Positions 39,044 through 50,263 of a DNA stretch of 64,000 nucleotides are shown piece after piece. The notes under the pieces were generated by a model that was not told where the DNA came from, did not search any database, and worked only from the letters and a program-made list of their open reading frames with translations. The DNA comes from Macrostomum hystrix. Its lineage: Eukaryota > Animalia > Platyhelminthes. Within the stretch, counting starts at the first letter, position 1. Each line of letters starts with the position of its first letter. Position numbers and translations under genes: made by a program. The stretch is taken from the NCBI GenBank assembly GCA_950097015.1, contig CATNEN010000038.1, positions 3,658,001-3,722,000 of the forward strand, in the 5' to 3' direction.

Positions 39044-41224
39044 GCTCGCACAGGCGGGACACAACCCCTGTGAGGTATGAGTCAGTCCAGGCCCACGGGC
39101 TAAGGTCTGCGATGCCTCACAACTGCAGTCGCTTTTTGAGCAGGCTAGGCAGGAAGGAGCCCCGTGCCTTCGGTTGCAGGAATCCCTCCACGCTGTCCCG
39201 TCATCTGACCCATGGGTACACGTCCTGCGAGTGTTCAAGGCTGACCCTAGGGCAGCCGGACAGAATGGGCAACAGCGCTGGATGACCCATCCAGGGCCTC
39301 TGGCCAAACTGGGTACCTCTAGCCTTGGCTGGAGGGAAAGGTGTCACCCTTTGACCTTAACAGGGTATGCGGCCAGTCCGCAGCGTTCGTGCACCTGCGC
39401 GTGATCAGGTACCTCGGGCTACGACTCTGAGGGACAGGTGTCACCCTTCGACCTTAACAGGGTATGCGGCCAGTCCGCAGCGTTCGTGTACCTGTGCGTG
39501 ATCAGGTACCTCTGGCTACGGCTGGTGGAACAGGTGTCACCCTTCGACCACAACAGGGTACGCAGCCAGTCTGCGGGCCTGGCACTGCTCTAGGTGCCCT
39601 CTTATGCCTAAGGTCTCACCGCGCTGAGGGGCTGAAAGGTCCGGGGAGTATATCCGGCCGTTGGCGGTTTTTATTTTAATTTAACATTTTTCTGTCATTC
39701 CAGCGACCTATGGAGTCCAACCTTTGCTCCAACATCGCGGAGGAACCGGCACCCAACAAGGAGGCGGACTCCTCGCGTCGTCCGGGAAACCCGGAAGCGC
39801 GGAAAAGTGCCGCCCAGGCCTCTGGGGCGTCCGGTTCCTCTCGTGGCGGAACCTCTCACAGTCATCCGGAAACTCCGACGACTGCTGGGGGGCCCGTTGC
39901 GGGAGGCGCCGGCCAAACCACAAAGCCAAAGCGCACTTACGCTGCTATGGCAAAGAGGCAGCCGGCCTTGGTTATCCGAGGCCAGGAGACGCCCCTCTCG
40001 ACAGCGCAACTCGACCAGATTTGGCGCAGACTGGACTCCCATCTGGTCAAACTGGCACTGAGCGGCACTGTGCTGCACGTCCTGAAGACCGACATCCAGG
40101 AACCAAGCCCTCATTGTCCAGCCTTGTCCAACCAGTCCGGACAGCAACTCCTCGAGATGCTGAAAACCTTCGACTGGGGCACGGAAACGAGCAACCTGTT
40201 TATCTACAGGGAGGACGAGCGCCCCCAGACACACCGTCATCGTGTTTGGATCCCAGCTCGCAGCGCCATAACCAATGCCGGAGAACTGCGCCGCCTGCTG
40301 TTGGCAATCCACCCGAATCTGCCAGAAAACGGTGTCGTGGTTCATGAAACCATCACCAGACCTGATGGAGATTCTAGGACTGTCAGACAGCTGGATGCTC
40401 CGCTGCCCAGACATGTCCTAAATCAGTGCAGGTCTCACTCGAATGCAGATCTTCAGCTTCGAGTCCGACGCTTGTCGCCCGCCGCCCCCGGAAAAGCGGA
40501 AACGGACGAATCAGAGCTCTGCCGGGCCCCTGCGCCATGGAACACAGACTCCTGACCGTCACGACCACTCGGAGGATGCGGATCCTATCAGGGGCAAAGC
40601 CGCGAGAGCCGCAGCGACAGGCGGACGTGGTAAGGGCCGGAAACCCGCCCGCAGCACCATCCGTACTGGCCTGACTCAGCGCGCCAGACAGCTGTCGGAC
40701 CCCAACAGAGGACGCCACCGCAGCACCACCCAGCCCAATGTCTCATCGAAACCCCCGCCGGAAAACCGGGCTGAGGATACGGACGCCGCTGTTGCGGCCG
40801 CCCGGGCCTCGGCTCTGGATCCGATTCAGGTGGAACCGATGGAGCTCGGGCAAAACACCGGCGAGGATGAGGAATCTCTCCTGAACAACTCGCCGTAGGC
40901 CAGCAGGTAGCCGCACGGCCCTTCTGGGGTGAGCTTCCTGCAGCTGAACCTGCACCACTGCATCGCGGCCTCGACCAACCTGGTGTGTGTGGTGGACTTC
41001 GTCAAACCGGGCATCATCCTCCTCCAGGAGTCCTGGACGAAGAAAGGTAAGATTCCGAACATTCCTGCAGGTTTTGACTGTTTTTCATGCCCCAAAAAAC
41101 CCAGGGCTGCTGTGTTCACGATCTCAAAGCTTGGCATAGACCACACCTCTCTAACAAAGACCTCTGTGTCATCCAAACCAACCACATTCTACCGAACCGC
41201 ACCGTCATCATCGCCTCTATCTAC

Positions 41225-41485
41225 TGTAGCAGCAGCAGTTCTAGTTTCAAGCGATATTAAGCTTCAGCACCGTTAACTTACATACTTGTTACTTAGACTT
41301 TAGAGCAAAGCCCCTAATATAGAGCGCATATAATATCCTCTTGTCTATGGTTAATACTGACACATAAATACAGTCACTCAAGCCCAGAAGTCTTAGCCGG
41401 GCGCGACCGCTAAGGCATAACGTCCTATCTTACGTTCCACTGCAAACATCTGCCTTTCTTAGTTGTAGCCTTTAAGACGGCTACA
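41225..41485. mobile_element. Probable solo LTR, 261 bp
   Basis: TGTAGC...GCTACA termini and a 4-bp TSD CTAC (41221-41224, 41486-41489). Removing it restores the APE reading IASIY-ISGDGPE. Confidence 0.8.
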
Positions 41486-42242
41486 CTACATTTCTGGTGA
41501 CGGTCCTGAGGTTCCGCCCAGTCTGACTTCCCTCGTGGACTACTGCTCAGACCGCGACTTTGAGCTGCTGGTGGCAGGCGACATTAACGCCCACCACACC
41601 CACTGGGGCAGTGTTACTTCAAACTGCAGAGGCGAGGATCTCCTTGCCTACATCTGCACCACCAATATTGAGTTCTGCAACTCGGGTGGCACACCCACCT
41701 TTGACAATGGGCGATGGACGGAGGTCCTTGATGCCACCCTCGCCTCTCAGGGCCTGATCCCTCTGATCAGGAACTGGCAGGTGTGGGACGAAGAAGAATC
41801 TCTGTCTGACCATCGCTCCATTCGCTTACGGTTGCAAAGCTCCTACTCCAAGCCTGGTATTCTGTGGAAAAGGAACGCCCGGAACACCGACTGGACGGCC
41901 TTTGCGGAATCCGTGAAGCGCCAGATCAACCAGTTAGAATCCGTTGTTCCTGCCACCTGTCAAGAAGTGGACGATCTAGCTGATCTACTCAGCATGACCA
42001 TCTTGACAGCTCATGAAACCTCTTGCCCCCTTAAAGCCTACAAAGGCAAAAAATCCGCTCCCTGGTGGAACCCAGCGCTTGGAACCCTCCGGCGTAAGGC
42101 CCAATCTTCCAGCGGATTGCGCGAAAAAGCAAGGACCCAGCTGACCTGACCTGACCAGAATGCGATTCGTGACTTTAAGCGCGACACCAGGAAAGCGAAG
42201 TCCGAAAAGTGGCGCCAATACTGCGCCGAGCTGGAGGGCGCC

Positions 42243-42311
42243 GGGGGGCAATGGCCTGCGCCTCCACGAGGTGCCCCCCGGAGGACGCAAGTCCTACGAA
42301 ATGCAGGCCAT
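42243..42311 (+). ncRNA. HDV-like self-cleaving ribozyme at the 5' end of the inner LINE
   Basis: P1 GGGGGGC/GCCCCCC; P2 TGGCCTGC/GCAGGCCA; P3 GCC/GGT; L3 TCCACGA with CC:GG as P1.1; P4 AGGAC-GCAA-GTCCT; J4/2 ACGAAAT containing the catalytic C. Confidence 0.85.
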
Positions 42312-45300
42312 CAAACGGGCCCTCCCAAAGCCCAGCACAGCACAGCACAGCACAGCCCTATCTCACCGCCCAACAAGCATCTGGCGGTCCGAACCGGTCC
42401 TAAATGACTGACCAACTGCCGACGCAGCCTGCCGAGCCTCAACGGCGGGCCCCCGGCGGCGCGAAGCGCCAGCCCGACCGACGGTCCGCGCGCGCTCAGG
42501 CCCCCAGCAGCCTGCACCTCCTGCAACTCAACGCAGAGGGCGTCGTTGCCAAGACGCCCGAACTGTGCAGGCTGCTCCTGGACCTGCGCGTTGACGTGGC
42601 CTGTCTTCAAGAGACCCACACCGCCGAAGGAAGGGAACCACGCCTGCCGGGCTTCAATGCAGTCTGGCGCCACAGACAGAGCGGCCGGCGCTCAGGTGGC
42701 CCCACCCGCGGCGGAGGGGTCGCGATCCTTATCCGCGAGGGGCTGCGCTACGAGGTGCTGCATGAGCGGCCCTGCGCCCCCGAGGACGTCTCCACCGAGT
42801 GGGCCGGCATCCCGGTTTTCCCATCTGAGAAGACGGTCGAGAGCCTGGACATTCACTGCCTGTACGTGCCGCCCATCAGAAACGCCGAAGGCGACGACCG
42901 CGTGCAGCGTTTCAACCCCCAGTGGCTCCCGTCAGGTGCCAGCACGGTGATCCTGGGGGACCTCAACGCGCACCACCCGGCCTGGGACCCCGAATCGGAA
43001 GAGACGGACCTGGGCACGGCCGCCTTTGAATGGTCCGTTATATCCGGCATGCGCATCCTGAATGACGGCAGCCACACCCACATGCCGCGCCGCGCCGATG
43101 CTCGGCAGACGGCGCCCGACGTCAGCCTGTGCCACAAGTCGCTCGCCAGCCGGGCTGAGTGGCAGGTGCGGAGGGACGTCGGATCGGACCACCTGCCGAT
43201 CAGCGTCATCATTCATGGCAGCCGAGGCGCAGCCAAGCGAGCGGGCGGACTGGGCCGGCTTCCGCGCGTTGACCGAGGAGGCCCTGGCTGGCTGGGACGC
43301 CCTGCCGCCCGCGACGGCCACCGAAGCCAACCGGCTGCTGACCGAGGCCATCATGACGGCCGACAAGGCGTTCATCCCGCGAGGGGCCCGGCCGTCCCCG
43401 AAGGCCTGGTGGACCCCGGAGGTCGAGGACGCCGTGAAGAGCCGTCGGGCCGCGCGGGCCGCCGCCGCTGCCGATCCGAACGAGCGGCCGGCCTGGAACA
43501 AGGCCAGAGCAGACGCCAAGAAGTTCATCGCCGACGCCAAGCGCGACAGCTGGAGGGCCTTCGCCGGCGAGGTGGCAGCGGACACAGACCACTCCAAGAT
43601 CTGGAGAGTCGTTCGTTCCCTTGACGGCAGAAGCAACAACCTGCAGCGGGATGCAGCGCTCCGTGTGGGCCAGAAGCTCTACGTCCGACCAAAGGACATC
43701 GCCGAGGCTTACGCCAAGGAGTACGCCGCCGTGAGCCGCCTTCCGCAAGACCGCAGGACGCGCATCCTCCGCCGCGAGAACCACCGCAGCCGCGCCGCCG
43801 CACAAGCTGACAGCCCGGAGGCAGGAGACTTTAGCAAGCAATTCTCGTCTCGCGAGCTGGACAGAGTCCTTCGCTCCCTCCCGGCCAGGAAAGCCCCAGG
43901 ACCAGACGGCATCTGTGCCGAGCACCTGCAGCACCTCGGCCCCGCCGGTCGCCGGGCGGCTCTGCACGTGATCAACCAGTCCTGGGCAAAGGGGGAGGTC
44001 CCGTCTGCGTGGCGACGCGCCCACGTCGTGCCGATCCTGAAGAAGGGCAAGCCGGCCGACGTGATTGGCTCCTACCGGCCGATCGCCCTGACCTCCGCCC
44101 TGGCCAAGCTGGCCGAGCGCCTGGTCCAAGCGCGGCTCTACTGGTGGGCCGAGTCCCGGCAGCTGCTGCACCCGGCTCAGGCCGGCTTCCGCAAGCGGCG
44201 CTGCACCGAGGACCAGATCGCCAGGCTCACCCAGCTCATCAGTGATGGTCACCAGGCCAGCCCCGCCCGGCGGACTGTCGTCGTTCTGTTCGACTTCCGC
44301 AGGGCGTACGACACCGTCTGGAAGCAGGGCCTGCTGCACAAGCATCCCGGCTGCCGGGGTCCGCTGGCTCAGCAGCTTCCTGGCCGACCGAAGGGCCGCC
44401 GTCAGGGTCGACGGCGCGACGAGCAGCTGGCGGCTCTTCCGCGAGGGCTTACCACAGGGGAGCGTTCTTGCCCCGCTATTCATTAACGACCTGCCGGACC
44501 AGCTGCCGCCCGACTGCACGCCGCTCCTCTACGCGGACGACCTGGCCATTGCAGTGCAAGGCCTGACTGTGGAGGAGGCCGAGGCGAAAGCGCAGCGGGC
44601 CATCGATGCGACGGCCGAGTGGGCAAACAAGTGGCGGCTGCAGCTGGCGCCGGAGAAGTGCGCCGCATCCCTGTTCTCCACTACCGCAGGTGAGGCCAGC
44701 CGGGAGCTGCGGCTGCAGCTGAACGACGCCCCCCTCGCGACGGACCGCCAGCCCCGGTTTCTCGGCGTCATCCTGGACCGCCTGCTGAGCTTCACCGCGC
44801 ACGCCGCCAACGTCGCAGGCCGCGCCCGCGCCCGGTGCGGCGTCCTGGCCGCGCTCTCCGGTAGCAGCTGGGGCGCCAAGCAGACCGACGTGCGCCGGCT
44901 CTACACTGCCTACGTGCGGCCGGTGCTGGAGTATGCGGCCGGCGCCTGGATGCCGTCGGCCTGCAAGACGGCCATTGAGCAGCTGGACCGAACCCAGCGC
45001 CTGTGCGCGCGCGTCATCACCGGGTGCCCTCGGAACACCAGGTCGGAGGTGCTAGAACGAGAGGCCGGCCTGCCCCCGATGGCGGTCCGCGCCGAGATGC
45101 ACGCCGGCCTTCTCCTCGAGCGCGCCCTCAGGCTCCCGCCCGACAACCCGCTGCTCGCCTGCGCGGCCGCCGAGGGCCCACGCCGCCGCTTCCAGAGCGC
45201 CCGAGGCTGGCGGGAAACGGCGACCAGAGTCAGCACCGACGCGGGCCTGAGCGGCTACCCGCGCGAGCCCGTTTGCGCTGTCCCCGCGACGCCTCCCTGG

Positions 45301-45875
45301 GCCAACCTGGACACCGTCACCTTTGGTCTGCAGCTGTCCGCCCCCTTCTCCCGGTGCGACCCGCCTGAGGCACGGAGAGCGGCGGCTGAGCTAACGCTGG
45401 CAGGCCTGCCTCCCGCCCGCACGGCCATCTGGACCGACGGAGCGGCAAAGGATGACGTCTCGGCCGGCGGCAGCGGCGCCCTGGTCGAGCCCGACACGGC
45501 ACTGTGCGTCCCAGCCGGCCACGTGACGTCCAGCTTCCACGCTGAGCTGGTGGCCATCGCCGAGGCCCTCCAGTGGGTGTTGGCGGCACCGGACCCGGCC
45601 GAGCTGTCGCCGGTCCGCGTGTGCTCGGACTCCCTGAGTGCGCTGGCGGCGCTCGAGTCCGGCCCCGGCTCGAAGGGGGTCACCACTGCCGATGCCATCT
45701 GGGCCAGCCTCTCCCACCTCGCAGCCGGAGGCGTCGCTGTCCACCTGCAGTGGGTCCCGGGCCACGCGGGCATCCCTGGCAACGTGGCGGTCGATGCCAT
45801 TGCCAAGCGCGGCTCCGCGCTGCGGCAGGCTGAGCCCACATCCCGCTGGCTGCGGCCCAGGCCGCCATTCGCCGC
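42243..45875 (+). mobile_element. Nested single-ORF non-LTR retrotransposon, APE-RT-RNase H (Ingi/I-group-like), frameshifted and 3'-truncated
   Basis: LLQLNAEG, CLQET, GGVAILI, LGDLNAHH, SDHLPI (APE); APGPDGI, YRPIAL, QAGFRK, FDFRRAYD, GLPQGSVLAP, YADD (RT); WTDGA, AELVAI, SDS, WVPGHAGIPGN (RNase H). GC content is much higher than the flanks. Confidence 0.93.
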
Positions 45876-46038
45876 CTGGACCTAACAACATTTACCCCGC
45901 CTTCCTACATGAAGCGGTGAAAAATGACAGGTTCCTCGGCCTCCTCTGCAACCTGTTCAAGGCCTGCATCACCTTCGGGTACGTACCCAGGTCTTGGCAG
46001 GAAGCCACCATCGTCTTCATCCCCAAGCCTGGGAAGGG

Positions 46039-47399
46039 ACCATCGGGTCCTACAGCGTGAACACATTCGAAAAGGGCGTCCCTATGAGCTCAATGACTGT
46101 GCAGTTGTGCAGCACCATCTGCAGCATCTGCAGCATTGTCTACTTTGGTGTCCAGAATGGAGACTACTGCTTCTGTGGCAACTCCTACGGCAGTCAGGGC
46201 GTTGCTGTGGCCTCCGACTGCAACAAGCCGTGCGCTGGAGATGCCAGCCCGATCTGCGGAGCTGGTGATCGCAACTCGGTGTACCGACTGCTCTACCTGC
46301 GTCCTAGTTAGCAAGTCTGCATATTATTAATTTACATTATATTCTGTGAAAAGTTCTTTTATCTTCAAAGAAATCTTTTTTTATCCAATTATTTTCCAAA
46401 AGAATTTTGTCTAAGACCTTTACATTCTCATCGGCAATTGTCGTAGCCAATTGAGGGGCTTGCAGCCTTGTGGTTAGAACATCGGACTCGCGACCAGGGA
46501 CTACTAAATACTCCATGCTACTACTGACAGTATTTAGTAGTCCCTACTCTCGACTTGATATTCGGAGGTTCTGAGATGTAGGCCTTCCCACCATATGCGT
46601 TTTAGTGCAATCTCACCAATGGGCCGCTTCCTTTTTGCTGATTCACTGAACGCAGGCTACGAATGACAGCCTAACAAAACGCTGCATATATAACATACGA
46701 AAGTGCGAAGCAGTCGGGAACATTTTCCTTCTCCTGATCTCACTAGCAGACCAATCCAAAGCTCTTCTAACCAACCAAGCTGTAGATTCAATCACTGGAC
46801 AATTGCTTACGACCATTGCGACCACCATTGTGATTGCTTAAATAGCATCAGTAGTACGATTAGAAATATAAAACCTAAGAGAAGGTTTAACACCGCTGGA
46901 AACATCGAGTCGAACTTGCCGTTGATTGACTTTATTGACCAGAGGGTGGGTGGGGCGTCCCACCAGTCCATGGACTGAACAGCCGTGCGCAGCACCGCGA
47001 TAGTTGCGGCTGTGTTGTCGGCTGTACATCTGGCGCCAACGGGGCCATCAATTATTAAAGCTTTTATTATTTTTACAAACTGTTATAATGACACAATGTA
47101 TTGAGTTATGGCAATGGCACCTGTGACTAGCAACCCATTGATCCTCACAATGGAAATGCCATTCCAGTTGGCACACTGTTCGTCCTGCAGACTGGCCGAC
47201 TGTACCTGAATGCGAGCTCCTCCAGCGGACCGTTCTACCGCAGCCTACAGCCAATCGGAGCGACATGGAATGCTTCGTGAACTGCAACGCCGACTGCCAG
47301 GCAGTTCTGGTCGGTCCGGGCGTCTGCCAACTGCTCAAGTTCCCCGGTGTGCCCCACGAGCTGCTCAACATGCCGGGCGAGTTCTTTGTTCGAGTCTAG
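46039..47399 (+). pseudogene. WSC + PAN/Apple-like gene copy A, 5'-deleted and frameshifted
   Basis: Exon 1 starts mid-domain (TIGSYSVNTFEKG...) directly after LINE RT sequence. Exon 2 (47168-47399) has a 1-bp deletion (CCAATCGGAGC vs CCAATCAGGAGC). Confidence 0.8.
46495..46546. mobile_element. 52-bp micro-MITE with CAGGGAC terminus
   Basis: About 18-bp TIRs (CAGGGACTACTAAATACT / AGTATTTAGTAGTCCCTa) and an 8-bp TSD CTCGCGAC/CTCTCGAC with one mismatch. Confidence 0.7.
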
Positions 47400-47994
47400 C
47401 CTTCACGATGAGGCCGTCTTCAATGTGGCTCACAGGTGCAACATTTCATTCAGAGATAAAAGCATTGCAGGAATTCGGCGTTTGAGTAATAAAGAAGCAA
47501 AGATGCTCAAAATTCCTGAGCAGTTGGAACTACTTACAACTCTGAGTTAGCGAGTAGTACAGTAAAATTATTTTATAGTTTGCCTAGACTTGAGTAAAAA
47601 ACAGTTTATCTAGAATTTAATCAACTTAAGACAACAACAGTCCTGGGGTCAAAGTTACAGTACGACTGTATATGCGCTGCCTCTGATGGGTAACCAGTTT
47701 ATAAGTTTATTTTAGATAATTTGTGCCAATATACCTCGTATATTTGATACCCTTTTAGCTCGTACTTTTTTCTTTCATCAGCATATCTTATTCCTCGTTT
47801 TGTAACTTTTCTTTCGTGTTTTTGCAAATTCATCTATCAACGTGCTTTTTATTGCGATCACAAACCAACCTCCCTTTGACCTACGCAGTTAATAACTATA
47901 GTAATAATATAAATAAAAATAATTCATTAACTTTAAAAAGAAAATAGCTGTTTGGTTTCTTTTTTGCGTCTCGAAGACGACACCAAACGGGCCC

Positions 47995-49445
47995 CAATTG
48001 ACAGGCTCCGATTGAGAGGCTCAAATTGACAGGCTCAAATTGACAGGCTCCGATTTACAGGCACAAACTGACAGGCTCCTATTGACGGGTTCCAATCGAC
48101 ATGCTTCAATCGACAGGCTCAAATTGACAGGCTCAAATTGACATGCTTCAATCGACAGGCTCAAATTGACAGGCTCCAATTGACAGGCTCCAATTGACAG
48201 GCTCCGATTGACGGGTTCCAATCGACATGCTCCAATTGACAGGCTCCGATTGACAGGCTCCAATTGACAGGCTCCAATTGACAGGCTCCAATTGATAGGC
48301 CCCAATTGACAGGCTCCAATTGAGAGGCTCAAGTTGACAGGCTCCAATTGACAGGCTCCGATTGACAGGCTCCAATTGACAGGCTCCGATTGACGGGTTC
48401 CAATCGACATGCTCCAATTGACAGGCTCCGATTGACAGGCTCCAATTGACAGGCTCAAATTGACATGCTTCAATCGACAGGCTCCAATTGACAGGCTCCA
48501 ATTGACAGGCTCCGATTGACGGGTTCCAATCGACATGCTTCAATCGACAGGCTCAAATTGACAGGCTCAAATTGACAGGCTCCAATTGACAGGCTCCAAT
48601 TGACAGGCTCCGATTGACGGGTTCCAATCGACATGCTTCAATCGGCAGGCTCAAATTGACAGGCTCCAATTGACAGGCTCCGATTGACAGGCTCCAATTG
48701 ACAGGCTCCAATTGACAGGCTCCAATTGATAGGCTCCAATTGACAGGCTCCGATTGACAGGCTCAAATTGACAGGCTCAAATTGACAGGCTCCGATTGAC
48801 GGGTTCCAATCGACATGCTTCAATCGACAGGCTTCAATTGAAAGGCTCAAATTGACAGGCTCCGATTGACGGGTTCCAATTGACAGGCTCCGATTGACGG
48901 GTTCCAATCGACATGCTTCAATCGGCAGGCTCAAATTGACAGGCTCAAATTGACAGGCTCAAATTGACAGGCTCAAATTGACAGGCTCCGATTGACGGGT
49001 TCCAATCGACATGCTTCAATCGACATGCTCCAATAGACATGCTTCAATCGACAGGGTCAAATTGACAGGCTCAAATTGACAGGCTCCGATTGACGGGTTC
49101 CAATCGACATGCTTCAATCGACAGGCTTCAATTGACAGGCTCAAATTGACAGGCTCCGATTGACGGGTTCCAATTGACAGGCTCCGATTGACGGGTTCCA
49201 ATCGACATGTTTCAATCGACAGGCTCAAATTGACAGGCTCAAATTGACAGGCTCCGATTGACGGGTTCCAATCGACATGCTTCAATCGACAGGCTTCAAT
49301 TGACAGGCTCAAATTGACAGGCTCCGATTGACGGGTTCCAATTGACAGGCTCCGATTGACGGGTTCCAATCGGCAGGCTCCAATTGACAGGCTCTAATTG
49401 ACAGGCTCCGATTGACACGCTCCTACTAACAGGCTCTAATTGACA
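47995..49445. repeat. 14-bp satellite (TTGACAGGCTCCAA)n
   Basis: Direct tandem repeat; part of the WSC tandem unit. Confidence 0.96.
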
Positions 49446-50263
49446 ATGTGATGTTCTCAGGATAATGAATTTGGAGTTAGTTTTATTGATTTGGGATTGA
49501 AAACAAGGAAGACTGATGTCTTCTGGAAAGCAAATGTAAACGTTTGTGACAGGCGATGAAGGAGCCGTGTGAATTGCGGTGCTTTTTTCATCTGGTACAG
49601 GATAGTTTGGAGCTCTGAATTTCGGGAGACTGTGTGAATTATTGTCCCATAAGACAGTTTAGAGATGAATGAAAAATTTGGAGATAATGTTGAAAGATTC
49701 GAGTGTAAGCACGCTAAAATTTTATTTCTATTTCATGCAGGATATTTACAAGCTAGACTACGAGGCAATGGATTATGGAGAAGACAGCGTCAACGATTGT
49801 CATAAAAGGGTCCGTCTTGCCTACTGCAGTGAATTGTCTGTCCTCAGCGTGCGTAACGACGTGATTAAATGCATTGGATTAAAATTATTCGAATAGAATG
49901 AATGCGACAATGCTAATCAAATCTATTTCTGACGCGGTGTCTGCGCGTCCATCGATTTCAGGGCCGAATTGTTTAATCCCGACACACCGTGACGAGGAAA
50001 GTAAAGCGATTTTTCAAGCAACAATGAGAGAAAATAGTCGCTGCTGCCTCCCAAACATCACGGTTGAATCATCTCATCACAATCACTCAGCTTACTCGCT
50101 CCTTTACGATTCACATCTAAAACCAGCGAATTCAACGAATGCTGCGCAGCACCAAAAGCACAACCTGAGAGAAGAGGTATAAATATTCATTTGCAACATC
50201 AATCAAAGAATAGCTCAACTGTAAACTCTCTGCAGACAGTTATAATTGTAAGCGGTCTGCACA

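Larger units (their letters stand above)
39046..46039 (+). mobile_element. Decayed non-LTR retrotransposon (R1/LOA-like), interrupted by two insertions and 3'-truncated
   Basis: 5' UTR with ~97-bp monomers; ORF1 at 39710-40898 (frameshifted). APE endonuclease motifs FLQLNLHH, LLQESW, IASIY, AGDINAHHTHWGS, SDHR and APWWN occur at 40929-42242. An RT N-terminal piece PGPNNIYP...WQEATIVFIPKPGK lies at 45875-46039. The clade call is by motif resemblance and the 5' boundary is approximate. Confidence 0.85.

Noticed and set aside
38196-39080. E/R/K-rich and L/S-rich ORFs
   Set aside because: Translations of a GA simple-sequence tract.
39046-39300. Possible second ribozyme in the outer LINE 5' UTR
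   Set aside because: I could not assemble a consistent P1/P2/P3 pseudoknot by eye.
42311-45891. Long minus-strand ORFs over the inner LINE
   Set aside because: Antisense shadows in high-GC sequence; the plus strand carries the APE/RT/RNase H motifs.
46455-46600. tRNA gene
   Set aside because: Only an A-box-like stretch is visible, interrupted by a MITE, with no full cloverleaf; at most a SINE remnant.
49898-50182. Identical 94-aa ORF at 49898 and 54761
   Set aside because: Identity is explained by the recent tandem duplication. It has no domain and sits just upstream of a TATA-like TATAAATA before the WSC gene.
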